Assembly: GCA_002269645.1 (NCBI GenBank)
Contig: NIVC01000717.1
Span: 62,001-126,000 of the forward strand
Direction: 5' to 3'
DNA: 64,000 nucleotides
From: Macrostomum lignano
Taxonomy: Eukaryota
Shown here: positions 35,034 through 60,323 of the stretch, piece after piece
How positions within the stretch are numbered: the first letter of the stretch is position 1
Layout: each line of letters opens with the position of its first letter
Translations under genes and position numbers: made by a program
The notes under the pieces: model-generated
Told to the model about the DNA's origin: nothing
Seen by the model: only the letters and a program-made list of their open reading frames with translations
Databases searched by the model: none

Positions 35034-38000
35034 TCAGACATTTGATTAAGTTATTATAATGAGTCTTGAGACTAAATATTAATAGCAATAAGTTAATTTT
35101 GACTGACTTGCTTTTAAATCTTCAGATCCTGATTTCTTTAAGAAAATTCTATCCTGTTTTAATAATTAACATTTATATATGCTTAATACATTTGAAAATG
35201 ATCCCAAAACATTCTCTATCCTCAAATCCTAGGAATCAGATAGGATCCCAACACTGATTCCATGCTGTCTGTAAGATACTGCTTTATTGCAGATAGTATA
35301 GAAAGACTTTTGCTCTGAGTTTGCATATATTTGAATGTACAAGCTATGACTAATCCCCTCTCCTCTCTATTTTCCATGTTTCCATATTTTCTTTTAACAG
35401 GGCTAGGAATAATTCTATATATTAAAAGTTATTGCCAAACTAAAGGCAATAGTTTTTTAGCAGGCCTGCTAAAAAATAATTCAATAAAGTTAGTAAATAT
35501 TAAAAACTGTTTTAATGTATAATCAGCACTGCTTATAAGAAACTTGTTTTATAGAAACATGTGCCTTTATTTTAAATATAATCTAACAAAACATGTATAC
35601 TATTCATTCATTATACAATATATAATGAATGTATCATTATACAATTATTGAATAGTTATTAAACTATATCAATGCCACCTATAAAACAAAAAGCATCAAA
35701 ATAAATTTAGCTATAATAAGCTAAGCTTATAATATTCTAGTATATAATACAACTAGGCACAAAGGTGCCATAGTCCTCATCATGGCAGTACTAGATTATA
35801 GTCATTTTAGTGACGATATTTTGGTGCATCATTTCAATGAAAAGAAAAAAAACTATTTTGGTGACAGCCATTGTGGTTTCAATTCAAGCAAAAAATATCT
35901 TGCCAATCTTAAGTGCAATGAAATATAAAATTTAGAGGCTTGTAAAATGGTAGTGTTGTTTAATTCAGTTTTGCTTATTTACTATAAATTAGCAAACTTG
36001 CAATATTTTGTTTGTAACTTGTATACTTTTCAAATTTGGCAAATATTTTTTAGCTTTAGTTGAAGTTGAAAGTGAAGTACTTAGGGTTGTCTCGGGGTGG
36101 CCTGGTAGGTATTTGAATCCCATTGCTGCCACCAATGTTGTACCTGTACTTTTCTTGCTATCTAGCATAGTGATTTGGGCTCTCTGTCTTCTCAACCAGA
36201 AGCCTTCTATTAGCTCTTAGTAGCCTAGGTAGTGCTGTCACTAGTTCCTTCAGGAATCAGGTCTTTGCCTTTGGTGAGGTGAGTTTCCTGTTAGAATGAA
36301 ATAAACAAGTCAACGAACTCAGCACAGTGTGCAGATTTGCAGATTAATGAACAAGGTGTCCTGGTCAACAGGCCCTGCTGGGCTCAAAGGGTGGCTGGGA
36401 AGGCAGTGTTAGCCTCTCTTAGGCTTTTGGCATCTAGTTTAGTCAGGCCAATTATAGATAGCTTAAATGGGCAACTGAACAAAGTCTGGAAAACTAGACT
36501 AAAGAAGAACAATAATAACAATCCTTGATGGAACCAAGGGTAAGGGCATGTATTTATAACCAAGGAATCCCCACTGTACCAGTCTGTGCCAGACCTCATG
36601 ACTACTTATTTTTAGAACTAACGTCAGCCTCCACTATAGAGAAGGCAGGGTCTGCAGGTAAAGTGCATAGGGATGCATGACTCATTATCTATTTTTAGAA
36701 AAATGAGTCACCTATTACCTTAGAGAAGGCAAGGGCCCTGAAGCATAATTCCTTTTATAAATATGGGCCAAGACTTAAAGACTGAGAAAACAAGACTTGT
36801 CAAGTGACTTGCTTATATGACAAGGGAAACAGGCCACTAGCATGACCTTAGGATAGGAATGAAATGCAGAGCAGGCCATAGCAGAGAAGCTCATGGCTGC
36901 AAGCAAGAGCACAGAGAACAAGGGGAAATAGAGAACAGGCAGCAAAAGGGAAGGAAGGCTACCTAATGGCAGACAGCAACCCAGGGCAAGGGTCAAGGTG
37001 AAAAAAGCTGTTAATAATAGTGCAATGTCTAACATCAAACTAGTGGATCACCTCAAAAGTCATTTTATAAAGATGATTGTCTATTTTTGTCTGGATATTG
37101 TGGGACTAATTTACCATGACTTGCATAGGAAACATTTTTTTCTTAAAAATATACATGTCTATATTAATCTTTTGGCAGAAGTTTTGAAACTTACAAGATA
37201 TAAATCTTAACAAAATCACTATAAACTAATATTATAGAATGTCTCATATTACTAAAATGACCAACTTACAAAAAACTTTTTTTTCTTAAAAGTGAACTGT
37301 GTCTGTCACAGAAGTAACTTGTCACTGAAATGGATATTTGTCACTAGAATGTCTTATTATCTAAATGACCAACATAGTGGCTGCACCCATAGAACCAAAT
37401 CAATATATAATTCCCTTTGTTAACAATTGTTTTAGATTATTAAATATTGAATGAAAAAAAACTTAGAAGTTTCTAGTTTTATTTAAAGATCTGCTTAAAT
37501 GATAAAGTAGGCTTAATGTTTGATTTAATTTTGTTTAAACCTTTTATTAAAAGTTAAAATGAAGGTATTGCAATCTTGGGCAAATTCCTAGTTTTGCACG
37601 TTTAATTTCTATTTGAAATCGCGTTTATATGACATAGTCATGCTAAAGTGACGTGGCATATAGTCTATTGTCCTTGTAGTTGATAGTCTATGGAATAAAG
37701 GTCTGGGGATGATAAGAGTAAAGGCAATGGCAAAGGGAAAGGCTTAGCTGCAAATATTGAAGCTGCAAACTCAAGGTAGCCATTTAGTTGACAGTGTTGC
37801 CTGGGCTTGCCTCTTTGTGAAAAGTGCAGGGTCTAGGCCTTTATTTGCAAGGGGTCATTTTTTTAGGCTAGCCACTTTAGCCTGATATAGCTGATCAACC
37901 TAATCTATTGGTGGGCTAAAGAAGCGAAAGGGATAACCATTAAGCCGCAATGTAGGGTGGCCAAATAGACTGTCACTGACTGGCAAAACTTTATGCATGA

Positions 38001-38132
38001 TATCTGCTCCAGTATCTAGAAGCTGGGTTTTTTTTTTCGCCAGAGATAAGGTGCGAAATCGCACCTTGTGCCAAATTTCAAGGTGCGATTTTAAGGCTCA
38101 GAGTGCAATTTCTCTTGAGTCTTGTTTAGAAT

Positions 38133-40619
38133 GAGAGGGTTTCATGAGAGATATTCAGACAGACATTCGAAACGATCGTCTGTAACTTTAAACAAAATTG
38201 ACCCGCTTCAACCATCTTTTTGGCAAATACTTACGCAAGTGTTGGGCGTCGAGTCAAATAAGCTTTAATTTATTAACTGAAGTAAAAATCCTTCTGACAT
38301 ACATTGATTTAAAAATTGCTTAGCAACACTAGCTCTGATTAGAAATCGCTTTACTGTTGACTAAAATTGTTTTGATCGTAGCAGCCTAAAAGCAGATACT
38401 GGATTTAAAAATGCTTCGATTTACTCTATACGCATGTCTCAGCTTTAAAATGACACCTCAGGCGTCGCAAAAGACAGCTTTGATGCTGAGATATTCGACA
38501 CTAAACATGCATTGCTTTGCGCAATCTCACATTCAGAAATTTCACTGATTTTTTGTCGATATTTGTGCAGTTGCCGTGTCCTTGTTTTTCATCAGAAACT
38601 TGTCAAATTCTAGTCATGTCCAGTTTAAACCTGGACTTCTCTTAAACTGTCTTAAGTATTTGATTTTTAATGATTCCTGCCTTTATATTGCATAGATTGT
38701 ACCTGAGTCAGTGAGTCTGTGAGTGTACATTTGTACATATGGCAACCAATCATGACTTTTTCACCGCTTTGTGGTTCAAATAAATATACGAGTGTACGAG
38801 AAACATGTTCCAACTGTTATTGAGAGAAATTGACGTCGCGTTTATTAACAGTCAGTGGCAATTAATATGAAGCAAATAGTTTATTGTTATGTTTTTACTT
38901 TTTTTGCGTGGCAATTCTGCTATCCAAATCGGAATGAGGTAAGCGGTGGGAATAAAATAAAAAGAAAGAATTTTTTCTACTGTTGTTGCAACCCAATAGC
39001 TATATGTACTTCAAACTTTTTAGATTGAACTGGCGATTTCTAATGTACTGCTAAGCTTTCCAATCCCTACGGACTACAGTAGCAGTTCTTAACTTTTTTT
39101 CTGTCTTGACTTCTAGACTCGGAATTCGGAACAACCTAAGGAGCCGCATGAAAATATTTAATTGGATAAAGATATTTTCTAAAAACAGCTCAAGTCGTGA
39201 CACATCTTCTTCTCACCTCAGTCCATCAACTGCTGCTCCTTCTGAGACCAAAGCGATCGTGAAAGTAAAACAGATCAGTTTAGATCCCATGGCCATGAAT
39301 ACAACCATTTCAATTGTGAACCTGCTTCGCTTACAAGTACGAGCACTAGCCTTCCATTTGATGCCATTAGCTCACTTAACTCTGAAATAGTTCAAGGACG
39401 GTTCCAAATGTTGAGATCTGACGTAGAAGCAGTCCAATTTGTGGAAATTTATCAACTGGACTCCATGAATCACTCCAATGAAAGGCGGCGAATAGCTGCA
39501 GAATGCGTAAACAAGTTTAAGTGAGTCACAAAAACCCCATTTACTGTAACTACATACACTTGTACGTTAGCAAGGCTCCATGCGATGGTTAATAAATGGA
39601 GAAGTAGACAAGCATCTGAACAAATATTGAATAAAAATCAGTGAAGTTTCCGAATGTGAGTTTGAGCAAAGCAATGTTTAGTGTCGAATATCTCAGCATC
39701 AAAGCTGTCTTTTGCAATGCCTGAGGTGTCATTTTAAAGCTGAGACATGCGTATAGACATGACTAGAATTTGACAAGATTCTGATGAAAAACAAGGACAT
39801 GGCAACTGCACAAATATCGACAAAAAATCAGTGAAATTTCTGAATTTGAGATTGCGCAAAGCAATGCATGTTTAGTGTTGAATATCTCAGCATCAAAGCT
39901 GTCTTTTGCGACGCCTGAGGTGTCATTTTAAAGCTGAGACATGCGTATAGAGTAAATCGAAGCATTTTTAAATCCAGTATCTGCTTTTAGGCTGCTACGA
40001 TCAAAACAATTTTAGTCAACAGTAAAGCGATTTCTAATCAGAGCTAGTGTTGCTAAGCAATTTTTAAATCAATGTATGTCAGAAGGATTTTTACTTCAGT
40101 TAATAAATTAAAGCTTATTCGACACCCAACACTTGCGTAAGTATTTGCCAAAAAGATGGTTGAAGCGGGTCAATTTTGTCTGAAGTTACAGACAATCATT
40201 TTGAATGTCTGTCTGAATGGGTCTCCCTAAAACACGCCCCGCACCGCCCTGCAGCGCTACACATTAAAACAAATTGGACTATAACTAAAGACACTTCAGA
40301 ATGCATTTTCTGTTAAGCTTCAAGTTTTTATTAAATTTAGTTTTTTTTACTTTGAAATATAAAATTCGGTGAACAATAAGTCATATTAATAATAATATTA
40401 ATAAAATAATAATATTATAATTTAATAATGAAAACGAGAATATAAAAAATAATAATATTTAAAAAAATAAATAAAGATATTTATTCCATTACTATTTTAA
40501 CTTTTCCTTGCAATCAAATACTGCATTGACAAAAAATGTTATAATGTGTAGCAGTTCGGGGCCCAGTGCGGGGCGTGTTTTAGGGAGCCTTTGTCTGAAT
40601 ATCTCTCGTGAAACCCTCA
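38133..40619. mobile_element. Long-TIR (foldback/MULE-like) element nested in the hAT-like element
   Basis: About 480-bp inverted repeats: 38133-38620 versus 39757-40218 plus 40601-40619; part of the right TIR is also duplicated at about 39634-39755. No TSD recognised. Confidence 0.75.
40219..40591. mobile_element. 373-bp MITE with 9-bp TSD (Mutator-like) inserted in the right TIR of the long-TIR element
   Basis: TSD TGTCTGAAT at 40210-40218 and 40592-40600; TIR CTCCCTAAAACACGCCCCGCAC / GTGCGGGGCGTGTTTTAGGGAG; very AT-rich core. Confidence 0.85.
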
Positions 40620-42674
40620 CATTGCTCACATTTCAGACAACTGGGAATGTATATTTTAATATCTTACATAAGGCTATAGCTATAGGCTATATCGCCTATA
40701 TGACTTAATAGGATTTAAAGAGTTATTTTGTTTCATATTTTAAGGCAGTGCATAAAAAATAGCTTAAGCATGGTTAAGCCTTTAAAGAAAAATGGTTATA
40801 AGACCGCACCTAAACCGCACCTACTTTTTTAATTTCAGGGTGCGATTTTAAAATTTAGGGTGCATACGCACACTCTGCGCACAAAAAAAACCCTGTCTAG
40901 AAGACCACCTTAATGTAGCTTAGAGGCCCTAAAGTTGACGTTGAGATCAATAAGTCATATTTTTTTCTATTGAAAATATCATTAGGAAGCCTACTAGCCC
41001 AGTAAGTGGGTTCTAGGCTTAGGCATAGCAGAATATGGGTTGACTCGCTGCATGATGGTCACTATCCCTAACCAAAACCAAACTTTTATTGATATTTAAC
41101 TAGGCTACCAGTTTTTAACTTGTTCTGCTGCTTATTTCAAACTAATGTTTGGAAAATGCGATTTCAAACAGAAAATATTTAAATTTGTAAAACTAGAAAT
41201 TGCCTAATCTTGTTCTTGTTTAGTTGATATCTCCTATAAATATTTTTAATTCTATGATTTTTGTGCAAAGTTAGGCCTAATGATAAAAATCGCCTTGGCC
41301 TAAGTATCTAGGCCTAATCTATATAATAAAATAAAGCAACATGTCAATTTATTTTTTATCAATATCAGTTATTATTATTTTAATAACAATTGTCTAATAG
41401 CTTGTTCAATAGGGCCTAAGACCTATTTATTTGGCCTATGCTATAATTTAGTCCCAATGACATGAGATAAGTCCAGTTAAGCCTAATAAATCTTTTGCCA
41501 AAATTTTTGAAATATACAAATACAAAATATAAATGTCACAATCACAAAAATGTCACATGGGCCAGGTCAGTGCAATTTCAGAAGTCAAAGTCAGACTTGT
41601 GAAAAATAGCTTTGATTATGTAGACGTGGTAGGCGACATGGTGCTGCAGCCCCCTGTTGGAGTCACTAATGTTGACGCTTCGATGGGTGTCATGTTTAGC
41701 GACAACAATTTCACATGCACCTTCTACAATGGAACTCTGTATGATGTGCAACTAGGGGCCTAATCACGTACGTAGGAATAGGCCTAGTGGTAGGCCTACC
41801 CTTAATTTACGACCCATTTTTGAATCTATCTTCTGCAATCAGAGTAAAGTTGAAATGCTGTTCTAGCAATATAGCTCAATACATTAAGTAAATAACGCTT
41901 TTTGGAGTGGAAGCTTAACCACACTGGCGTGAGTGGCGTTAGGCGTCAGTGGAAAACTCAGTCTCAAAATCCATAATCGAGCATCGACCATCGAGAAATA
42001 ACAAAGGACAAACTGCGACTGCGATGAGCTGGCTAGGCCTACACAGGATTGACCCGGCCCCACTGACTACGGAGAGAGCTGGGCCTACTGCAAGGCAGTC
42101 TGAAAACGGGGCGAGCGCAGCATATTCCGCTAGCGTAGCGTAGAGAGCTAAAGTTCTGATTGATGATGTATCTAGTATGTAGTGGACATGTAGTAGTAGT
42201 AGTAAGTTGGCTCAGGCAAGAAGCCTGTTTGGCCAATATATTTCTATGTATTTAAGATTGCTTCAGGAATAGGAGACATTAGAATTAATTTATTGCGTTC
42301 GAAATAGGCGCGAAGTTTAACATGAAACATTTATCGATTTAAACAAATCATCAAGGTAGAGACTTCTGCTAATGACTTTTTCGGGTTGCGCTTGTCCGTG
42401 AAAATTCAGGAGGTCCTAACTTTAGTTTTCTTGTCACAAAAATATTAACTACTATGCTTTGGAAATAAAGTCACTGGAAACCACATTTAATAAAAGCAGG
42501 TACACTGTACTTCTTGTAAAGCTCAAAAAAGGCATCAAAATTAAGCAAAACCTTTATTGCATGGTGTTAATTAGGAATATTACGTATGCTTTGCATTAAG
42601 TGCTGCTTTGCATTCACATGCAGCACTGCATGAGGGCCGCGCGCGTAAAGGGGTCGCCACACAGGATTCTATAG

Positions 42675-45046
42675 GTGAACCGACAACCAATTCGGCGACA
42701 AGTCAATTCGGCGACAGTCAGTTCAACGACATATGAGGGGCGGTTAAAACAGGGCGGTAATTTGTAATCCATTGCGTTGAGTTCGCATGTTTACTCCGAT
42801 TCTAAAATAATACAAGTCACGGTAACCTTTTGCTGCGAAAGTGTAGGATGTGCTGCATGTATGCATTGTATATCATATGTACATGTACATGCACAATGAA
42901 CTGCGTTCCACTCAAAGGCTCATTTACAACGCGGCTATCAAATAAAGCTAAAGTCACACGACAGCATATATATATATTCAGCATACTTTAGCTTTCTATA
43001 TATTATGGGTTTCGACCTTCTGGCCCCCTTGTGGGGAAGCCTTCGGGCCTCAGGTCTCAGAAATAAATAAATTAGAGTCCTGGCCCCCCACTCCTGTCAG
43101 ATAATCAGCCCCATGGTAGCTTGATCGTGTGGCGAGCAGCCTAGGTCCTATAGCTAAGAGAGGGACAGCGAGAGACGAGCAGGGAGAATTTTGAAAGTAG
43201 AAATTAGCTAATCCGCAGATCAATTAACTTGCTGCCGCGCGCCCTGGCTCACCAAACCGGGACTCTCGAAATCGGGCTTCCGACTAGAGGGGGCTTAGCA
43301 CTTACCTGCCAACTAGTGTCTTTATGCTGTCAATCTCGAAGTCATAGCCGATGATAAGGGACACTGCTGGGACTAGATCGCATTGGCCATGCAGGTACAG
43401 AGGGGACTTGTGCAGGGGATTCTTGCAGTGGCGAGACTATGGGGTAGCTACATGTACTATTACATTGCTAAATACGAAGAATTGTACTTTTGGCCTTCAA
43501 CGCTCCAACTAGCCTCTCATAGCGCTGATGATAGGCTAACTCGAACTTCAGAGACCGCATGATTCATCACCCGAGCCGCTTGGCGAACCTAGAGTGCACA
43601 AAGTACATCTCTGGCGCCGATTTTGCACTATTGGCAATTTTGCTCATTGATTTGATAGATTGATCGACTGAGAACTGCCTTGCCATTGGTCCACTGTGAC
43701 CGGCGCCTACTAGCTTAGCTACTCATCTGAGCCATCGGCGAACAAAGAAATAAAACCGATAAAAATAACTGTTAGATTTAACCTTCTCCTTAGATCACTT
43801 CACACTTCAGATTGAATTGGAGTTTAGACTACTAGCAGTAGTATTGAATGACTTCTGCCTCAGCAATAACACTACTGAACAAAGTGAGCAAAAGTGTGCG
43901 CCTAATTCAGCTACTGAAACAGGGGACAGATAAGGGATCACCCAATCAAGCAAGTCCAGGTAGCCTCTCACCCAACCAATCAGAAACTCAACAGCCGGAG
44001 ACCAGGTAATCCACAGTGACCGAATCGGCTTGATGCTCTGCAGCTGTAGACTCGGGATGATGCTGTCACGATCTTCGCAGATAGCTAGCAGGTGATGCTC
44101 TTCGTTTGATGTTGCTGCTGATGACCGGGGGATTCGTCCTTGATGGTGATGGGGGAAGTCGCAAATCCGGGATCAAGAAACGACGGTCGCGCTCCGGGAA
44201 CCAGGAGTTGAATGCTGGGCCCGAGCAAGTCGGAGTCCGAGCAAGTTGCAGTCCGAGCGGGCCAAAAACACCGGTTTAAATAGCCGCCAACTGGACCGCA
44301 GTTTGTTATAATGGAACACGTCGATTCTGATTGGCTGAGCCAATTTGTTAAAATGAGCGCCGAATTTTCTGATTGGTTAAGCTGGTTGCTACCCAGAATC
44401 ACGTGACCGGGAAATCCTATCAGTTCCCACAGGGTCGTAAAAATATGACAGGTGCGGCCATAAATCAATCAAAATCGCAACAAAATGATTTATGACTTTT
44501 CGCGTAGGATTGACAGAAATTAATGAAAAACTATACATTAGAAAGCTCTTATTAAATAGAAAGTGAAGATAATGAAGAGAAATTGCTAATCGCTAATCCA
44601 AAGGTACTTTTAGGGGTAAAACGCATAGCTGTCAAAGCTGTCACACGCTTGAGTGAGCACGAACAATAGGCTCTGACCTCATAAATCTTGACGGCCTGTC
44701 AAAATGATGAGAAAAAAGCTACCGCCCGCATCCTCTCAGACCATCTGGCGCCCGCCTCAACACTGAGTGAGGTGCAGGTGGCTGTCAGTCCAGCTTCGAA
44801 AGCGATGATTTATGACCCAAAAAGCTGCGCCTATGTTATTATGACTACTAGTATGACCAGACATTATATCTAGTATAGATTCTATGAAAATTCGCAGAAA
44901 AAGGATAAAAATGCCCATTGCCCACTGTTAGTAGGCAAGTAAGTTTAGAGCCCATGTGCTAGCGCGGGATTTGGAAAAAAGTGCGTCCTCATACTTCAGC
45001 ATTCGCCGCGCCGAATTAGCAATTGTCGCCGAATTAGCTGGAAGCC
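42675..45046. mobile_element. Small TIR DNA element with TTCTATAG target duplication, carrying the 2-kb repeat
   Basis: TTCTATAG at 42667-42674 and 45047-45054; two AATTCGGCG(ACA) subterminal motifs at each end in inverted orientation. Confidence 0.7.
43005..44992. mobile_element. ~2.0-kb non-coding interspersed repeat, copy 2 (inverted relative to copy 1)
   Basis: Reverse complement aligns along the whole of 12786-14795, with scattered substitutions and indels. Confidence 0.85.
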
Positions 45047-46689
45047 TTCTATAGTGGGGGGGGGAAGACAAAGCCAAGAATTTTTACGTGTATATGACTA
45101 AATTCCTAATTGTAATTTTTTAGAATATTTTAATGTTTTCAGCGCTCATTCTGAGGCCACAGGCACTCATTTTAGCGGCGCAGGCGCTATGTATGTATAT
45201 CGTCGCCCTAAAGGAAAATTTATTGATTTCCATGAACGGATCACGGGGGGGACAAAGCATGGCATGGCATGTCCCCTATAGCAATAACTCAGGGGGGGGG
45301 CATGTCCCCCTGCTGTCCCCCGGTGGCGACGCCCCTGCTAGAGCAAATAATAATTCACGTTATTGCAGAAGAGACTCCCAATTGACGCCTATGTTCTATC
45401 GACTGATATAAGTATTTAAATATATACACGTGGAGGGGTAAAATTATACTATATTATTTATTATAGGCTTTATTATAGGCCATTAATCGGAGGCTTAATC
45501 GGGCCTCAGAGAGATGCTTAAATGAAACACTGAGCGCTCTCTGGCCTTGATCTGCACTCATGTCAGATGATCAGCCACCGACGTAGTTTCCCGGAAGCGT
45601 GGTTCCGGGAAAACAAGCTACTACATGTACTTTTAGTATTAAAAGTTAAAAGCTACATAAACACAGGGAAAGATAATTAGATCAAGCTCCCAGGTAAAGC
45701 ACGTTCCAATTCAAATAGCTTCAATTCTAACCCCAGCCAGTCAGATAGATGCTCAGGCTGACGATAGCCTAGGAATCCTGAGACCATGCAAGCACCAACT
45801 CTCAATGATTCTAATAACAAGCCGTTGAAGCCGAAGATGAAAACTTTTAAATGTACTGGCGATGTCACTCGATGGGGATGATGTCGCAATGTAGGAGAAT
45901 GGCAAAAATCAGGATGCCAGGGCCGTTAATATACATGTACAGCTCTCGATCCTCAAGGTCGTCGCTCGTGGAAAACCGAGACGCGTTTCCGGAAGGTTAC
46001 ATAAAGTTGCCTGATTTCCATAGCAGTTTAGAATTTATAGCATCCAAACTGCATGACACGTGATTTGTTATACCGGAATCACATCTGTTCTGATTAGCCC
46101 CAGACTGATGATCCCACTGCTCTCTCTCTCCATCATCCCCGATATTATCAGAGAGGTATATTTTGATGACGATTTAGGACTCCCATCAAAATTTGATGAT
46201 TTATGGCCGCGCCCTGTCATTCTGAGCATGGTTCCTCGGCAAGAATTGAGTCGAATTAAAACGAATATACGAGTATATTTTTAGCGGTTAAGGTCGCAGC
46301 TGTCAACATTTCGATCCATTCGAAGAACCAGTCCAGCTGACACAATGGACCGAAATCTCATAAGATTCATGCCAGTTGTGAAGAGATTTATTAATTATTG
46401 TTGTGCCGGCGTGCACTTGCACTGTTGAGCGATATATTCAGCTTTCAGTGCGGGTGCACCTGTCATTGCACCTTTCTTCACGTCAGCTGCCACCCCCAGC
46501 TTTGTCTGAAGATGAAGACTTTACGAGCACCGCCCCACCCCTCCCCCTGCGTGATTGGCTGAGCTGCCCGCCTAGCGTCCCCCATTACCCAGTTGTGATT
46601 GGTTCTTTGTGTACGTGCTCTTGCCAGCCAATCGGCAGCCGAGAAATGGCTGTGGGTCCAAACCCCAAACCCTAGAGGTTTGGGGTGGG

Positions 46690-47092
46690 GTTGTGGGTGG
46701 CATCGTCACCTCCAGGGGAAAATCCGCAGTGAGGAATGCCCATTCTGCCTCTCCGGTGTCGAGAATGCGGAGCACTTCATCTGTGAATGCCCCGCCTTTA
46801 CTCAGGACAGGCTCACCTACCTCGGCCCAAACCCGGACCTCTCCGACGTTTTCAGGCCCTAGAATCTCTGCCAGCTCGTCCGCTACCTAAGGGCTACCGG
46901 GCGAGCGACAATCCACCTCCTGGACTCTCGGAGGGGGACCGCGCTGCGGACACCGGCACCACCGGAACTCCCTGCGCGACACCGCAGCACTAGCTGCCCG
47001 TGGTCGCCAGGGGCTAGCGAAATGGGCGGCAACGCCTCCTCGCTGTTTCCGGACGCACGGAGCCCCCTGCAGCTAAGTCAAGTCAAAGTGGG
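46690..47092 (+). mobile_element. 5'-truncated 3' end of an R1/LOA-like LINE
   Basis: CPFCLSGVENAEHFICECPAFTQDRLTYLGPNP..NLCQLVRYLRATG Zn-knuckle, then 3' UTR ending CTGCAGCTAAGTCAAGTCAA as in the 6.8-kb element. Confidence 0.85.
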
Positions 47093-48850
47093 TGGTAAAT
47101 ATAACTATGTGTTGGAATGTGGCTCGAGGGAGAACGCGTCGGTTGAACCTGCCCTGACAAGTCACATGTCAACTCTTAAGTACACAATACTAACTCTAGT
47201 AAACCCTCGGCCGCTCTGCCGCGCTCCTTTTAGAAGCAGCTAAGCTGCCTCCGCTTAAATTTCTAGGGAACACCGCCTTCGGGAACTTTCGAGTTGTAGG
47301 GACGGGACCGACTCAGTGTTCGACGCAATCTCTCGCTCGACTATCATATACATGTACATGTATAACACATTGTAAAGACCACTGCAGATTATTAAAATAT
47401 TTTTTTATCGGATATCAGCCATAATTCTTGTAGATACTACATGTTATAATTAAGTCTATGCGCCAATTCTTGCCAAACTATTTTTTAACGTGGTGTGACG
47501 TTGTCAGTTTAAGGTGGTCCCGAAAAGGGCCGCTGGACTATATTTTCCCTTGTAATTTCTCATATTAATTTCTCCAATAGTTTATTTTAACGTTTACTTA
47601 TAGTAGAGCCCAACGATTTTGTGGCAATTTCTAATTCACTGTATATTTTGCTATCCTCTCTCGCGACCGTATAAAATTGGCACGATCGATAATTTTAAGT
47701 TCTCTCGCCAGCCAATGAAAACCACTCGTGCTTCGCGCTACCCCCCTCTGCGCTCCTTTATTAAACCCCCCGCCTGGCGGCGGCACTCCTCACTCCCGTC
47801 CTTGTCTGTGCTTCTCTCTTCCTCCCGGCCTGTCCTCGGCCTTGTTTTCCTTCTCTCTGTCTGGACCAGCCTGTTTACACTGCCTGCCACTGTCTGCCAC
47901 GGCTAACGCCAATCTCACTACTACGCATCTGCCACTGTTGTGCTCATCGCCGTTACTCACCACGTTGCATCGTCTTGCATCACTCGCCTACCACTCAACT
48001 ACAATCTCTAACTCACCTTCAAGTCAAAACCATTGTTGCAGCCGCCAGTGCCCCAAAAGCGCAATAAGTTCTATATTGATATTAACCGCATCGAATATTG
48101 ATCTCAACAATAATAACCAACTACGGCCAGTTTCCGGCCTTGTATGCCAAGTGCTCCGCTACGCAAATCCGCTATCAAGACTTGACTCGATTCATTTGGG
48201 ACTAAAACGGCCCTATTAAGGGTCACGGACAACATCAAATAACGTGACAGTGGCATCGTTTATTTCTGACTTCCAATAGTAATAACGTTTATTTACTATT
48301 TATACTGCAATCACAACGCTCATGCAATATTGTACAAGAACCAATCTTCTATATCAGTTACCACAATGTCCATGACTTCAAATACAAATCGAATCGCGCT
48401 CGATGATAAAATTTTAATAGGACACAAAATTTTTTAATAAGATGTGCCAGATATGACTTTAGAAATGCGGGGTGCGTTTCGTACAAATTTTTGTAACACT
48501 TAGTGCCATCAAAGTAGTTATGCAACACGGACTATAATCTTTAATATGTAAAAAAATAAATTTGTAAAAGTCTTTCACATGTGCGGCAATAGATTGAAAT
48601 TCTATGAAAATTTTCCGGAATCACAGTTACGTTAACATGTAGAAAATTATAACTTTGAATTTTTACATAAACAGTTTTTTCTCCACACAACAGTGTTGAA
48701 AACTGTTTACAAATTTCTGTAAAATATAAGCACTTTAATATTAAAAATAATAACGGAAAGAGAGTCAGTTAAAATTATCGAAATTTGTAGGCAACACGTA
48801 ACGGTTACCTTGTAGCTATGTTTTACAACTGGCTACAAATAGAATAAAAA

Positions 48851-60323
<11,473 letters not shown>

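Larger units (their letters stand above)
38023..40895. mobile_element. Non-autonomous hAT-like DNA transposon (outer element of a nested set)
   Basis: Perfect 8-bp TSD TCTAGAAG at 38015-38022 and 40896-40903; termini CTGGGTTTTTTTT and AAAAAAAACCCTG; subterminal AGGTGCGATT-like motifs at both ends. Confidence 0.75.

Noticed and set aside
45700-46290. Coding-looking stretch (ENRDAFPEGYIKLPDFHSS.., IPDIIREVYFDDDLGLP..)
   Set aside because: Several stops in every frame and no family recognised; at most an unassignable pseudogene or TE relic.
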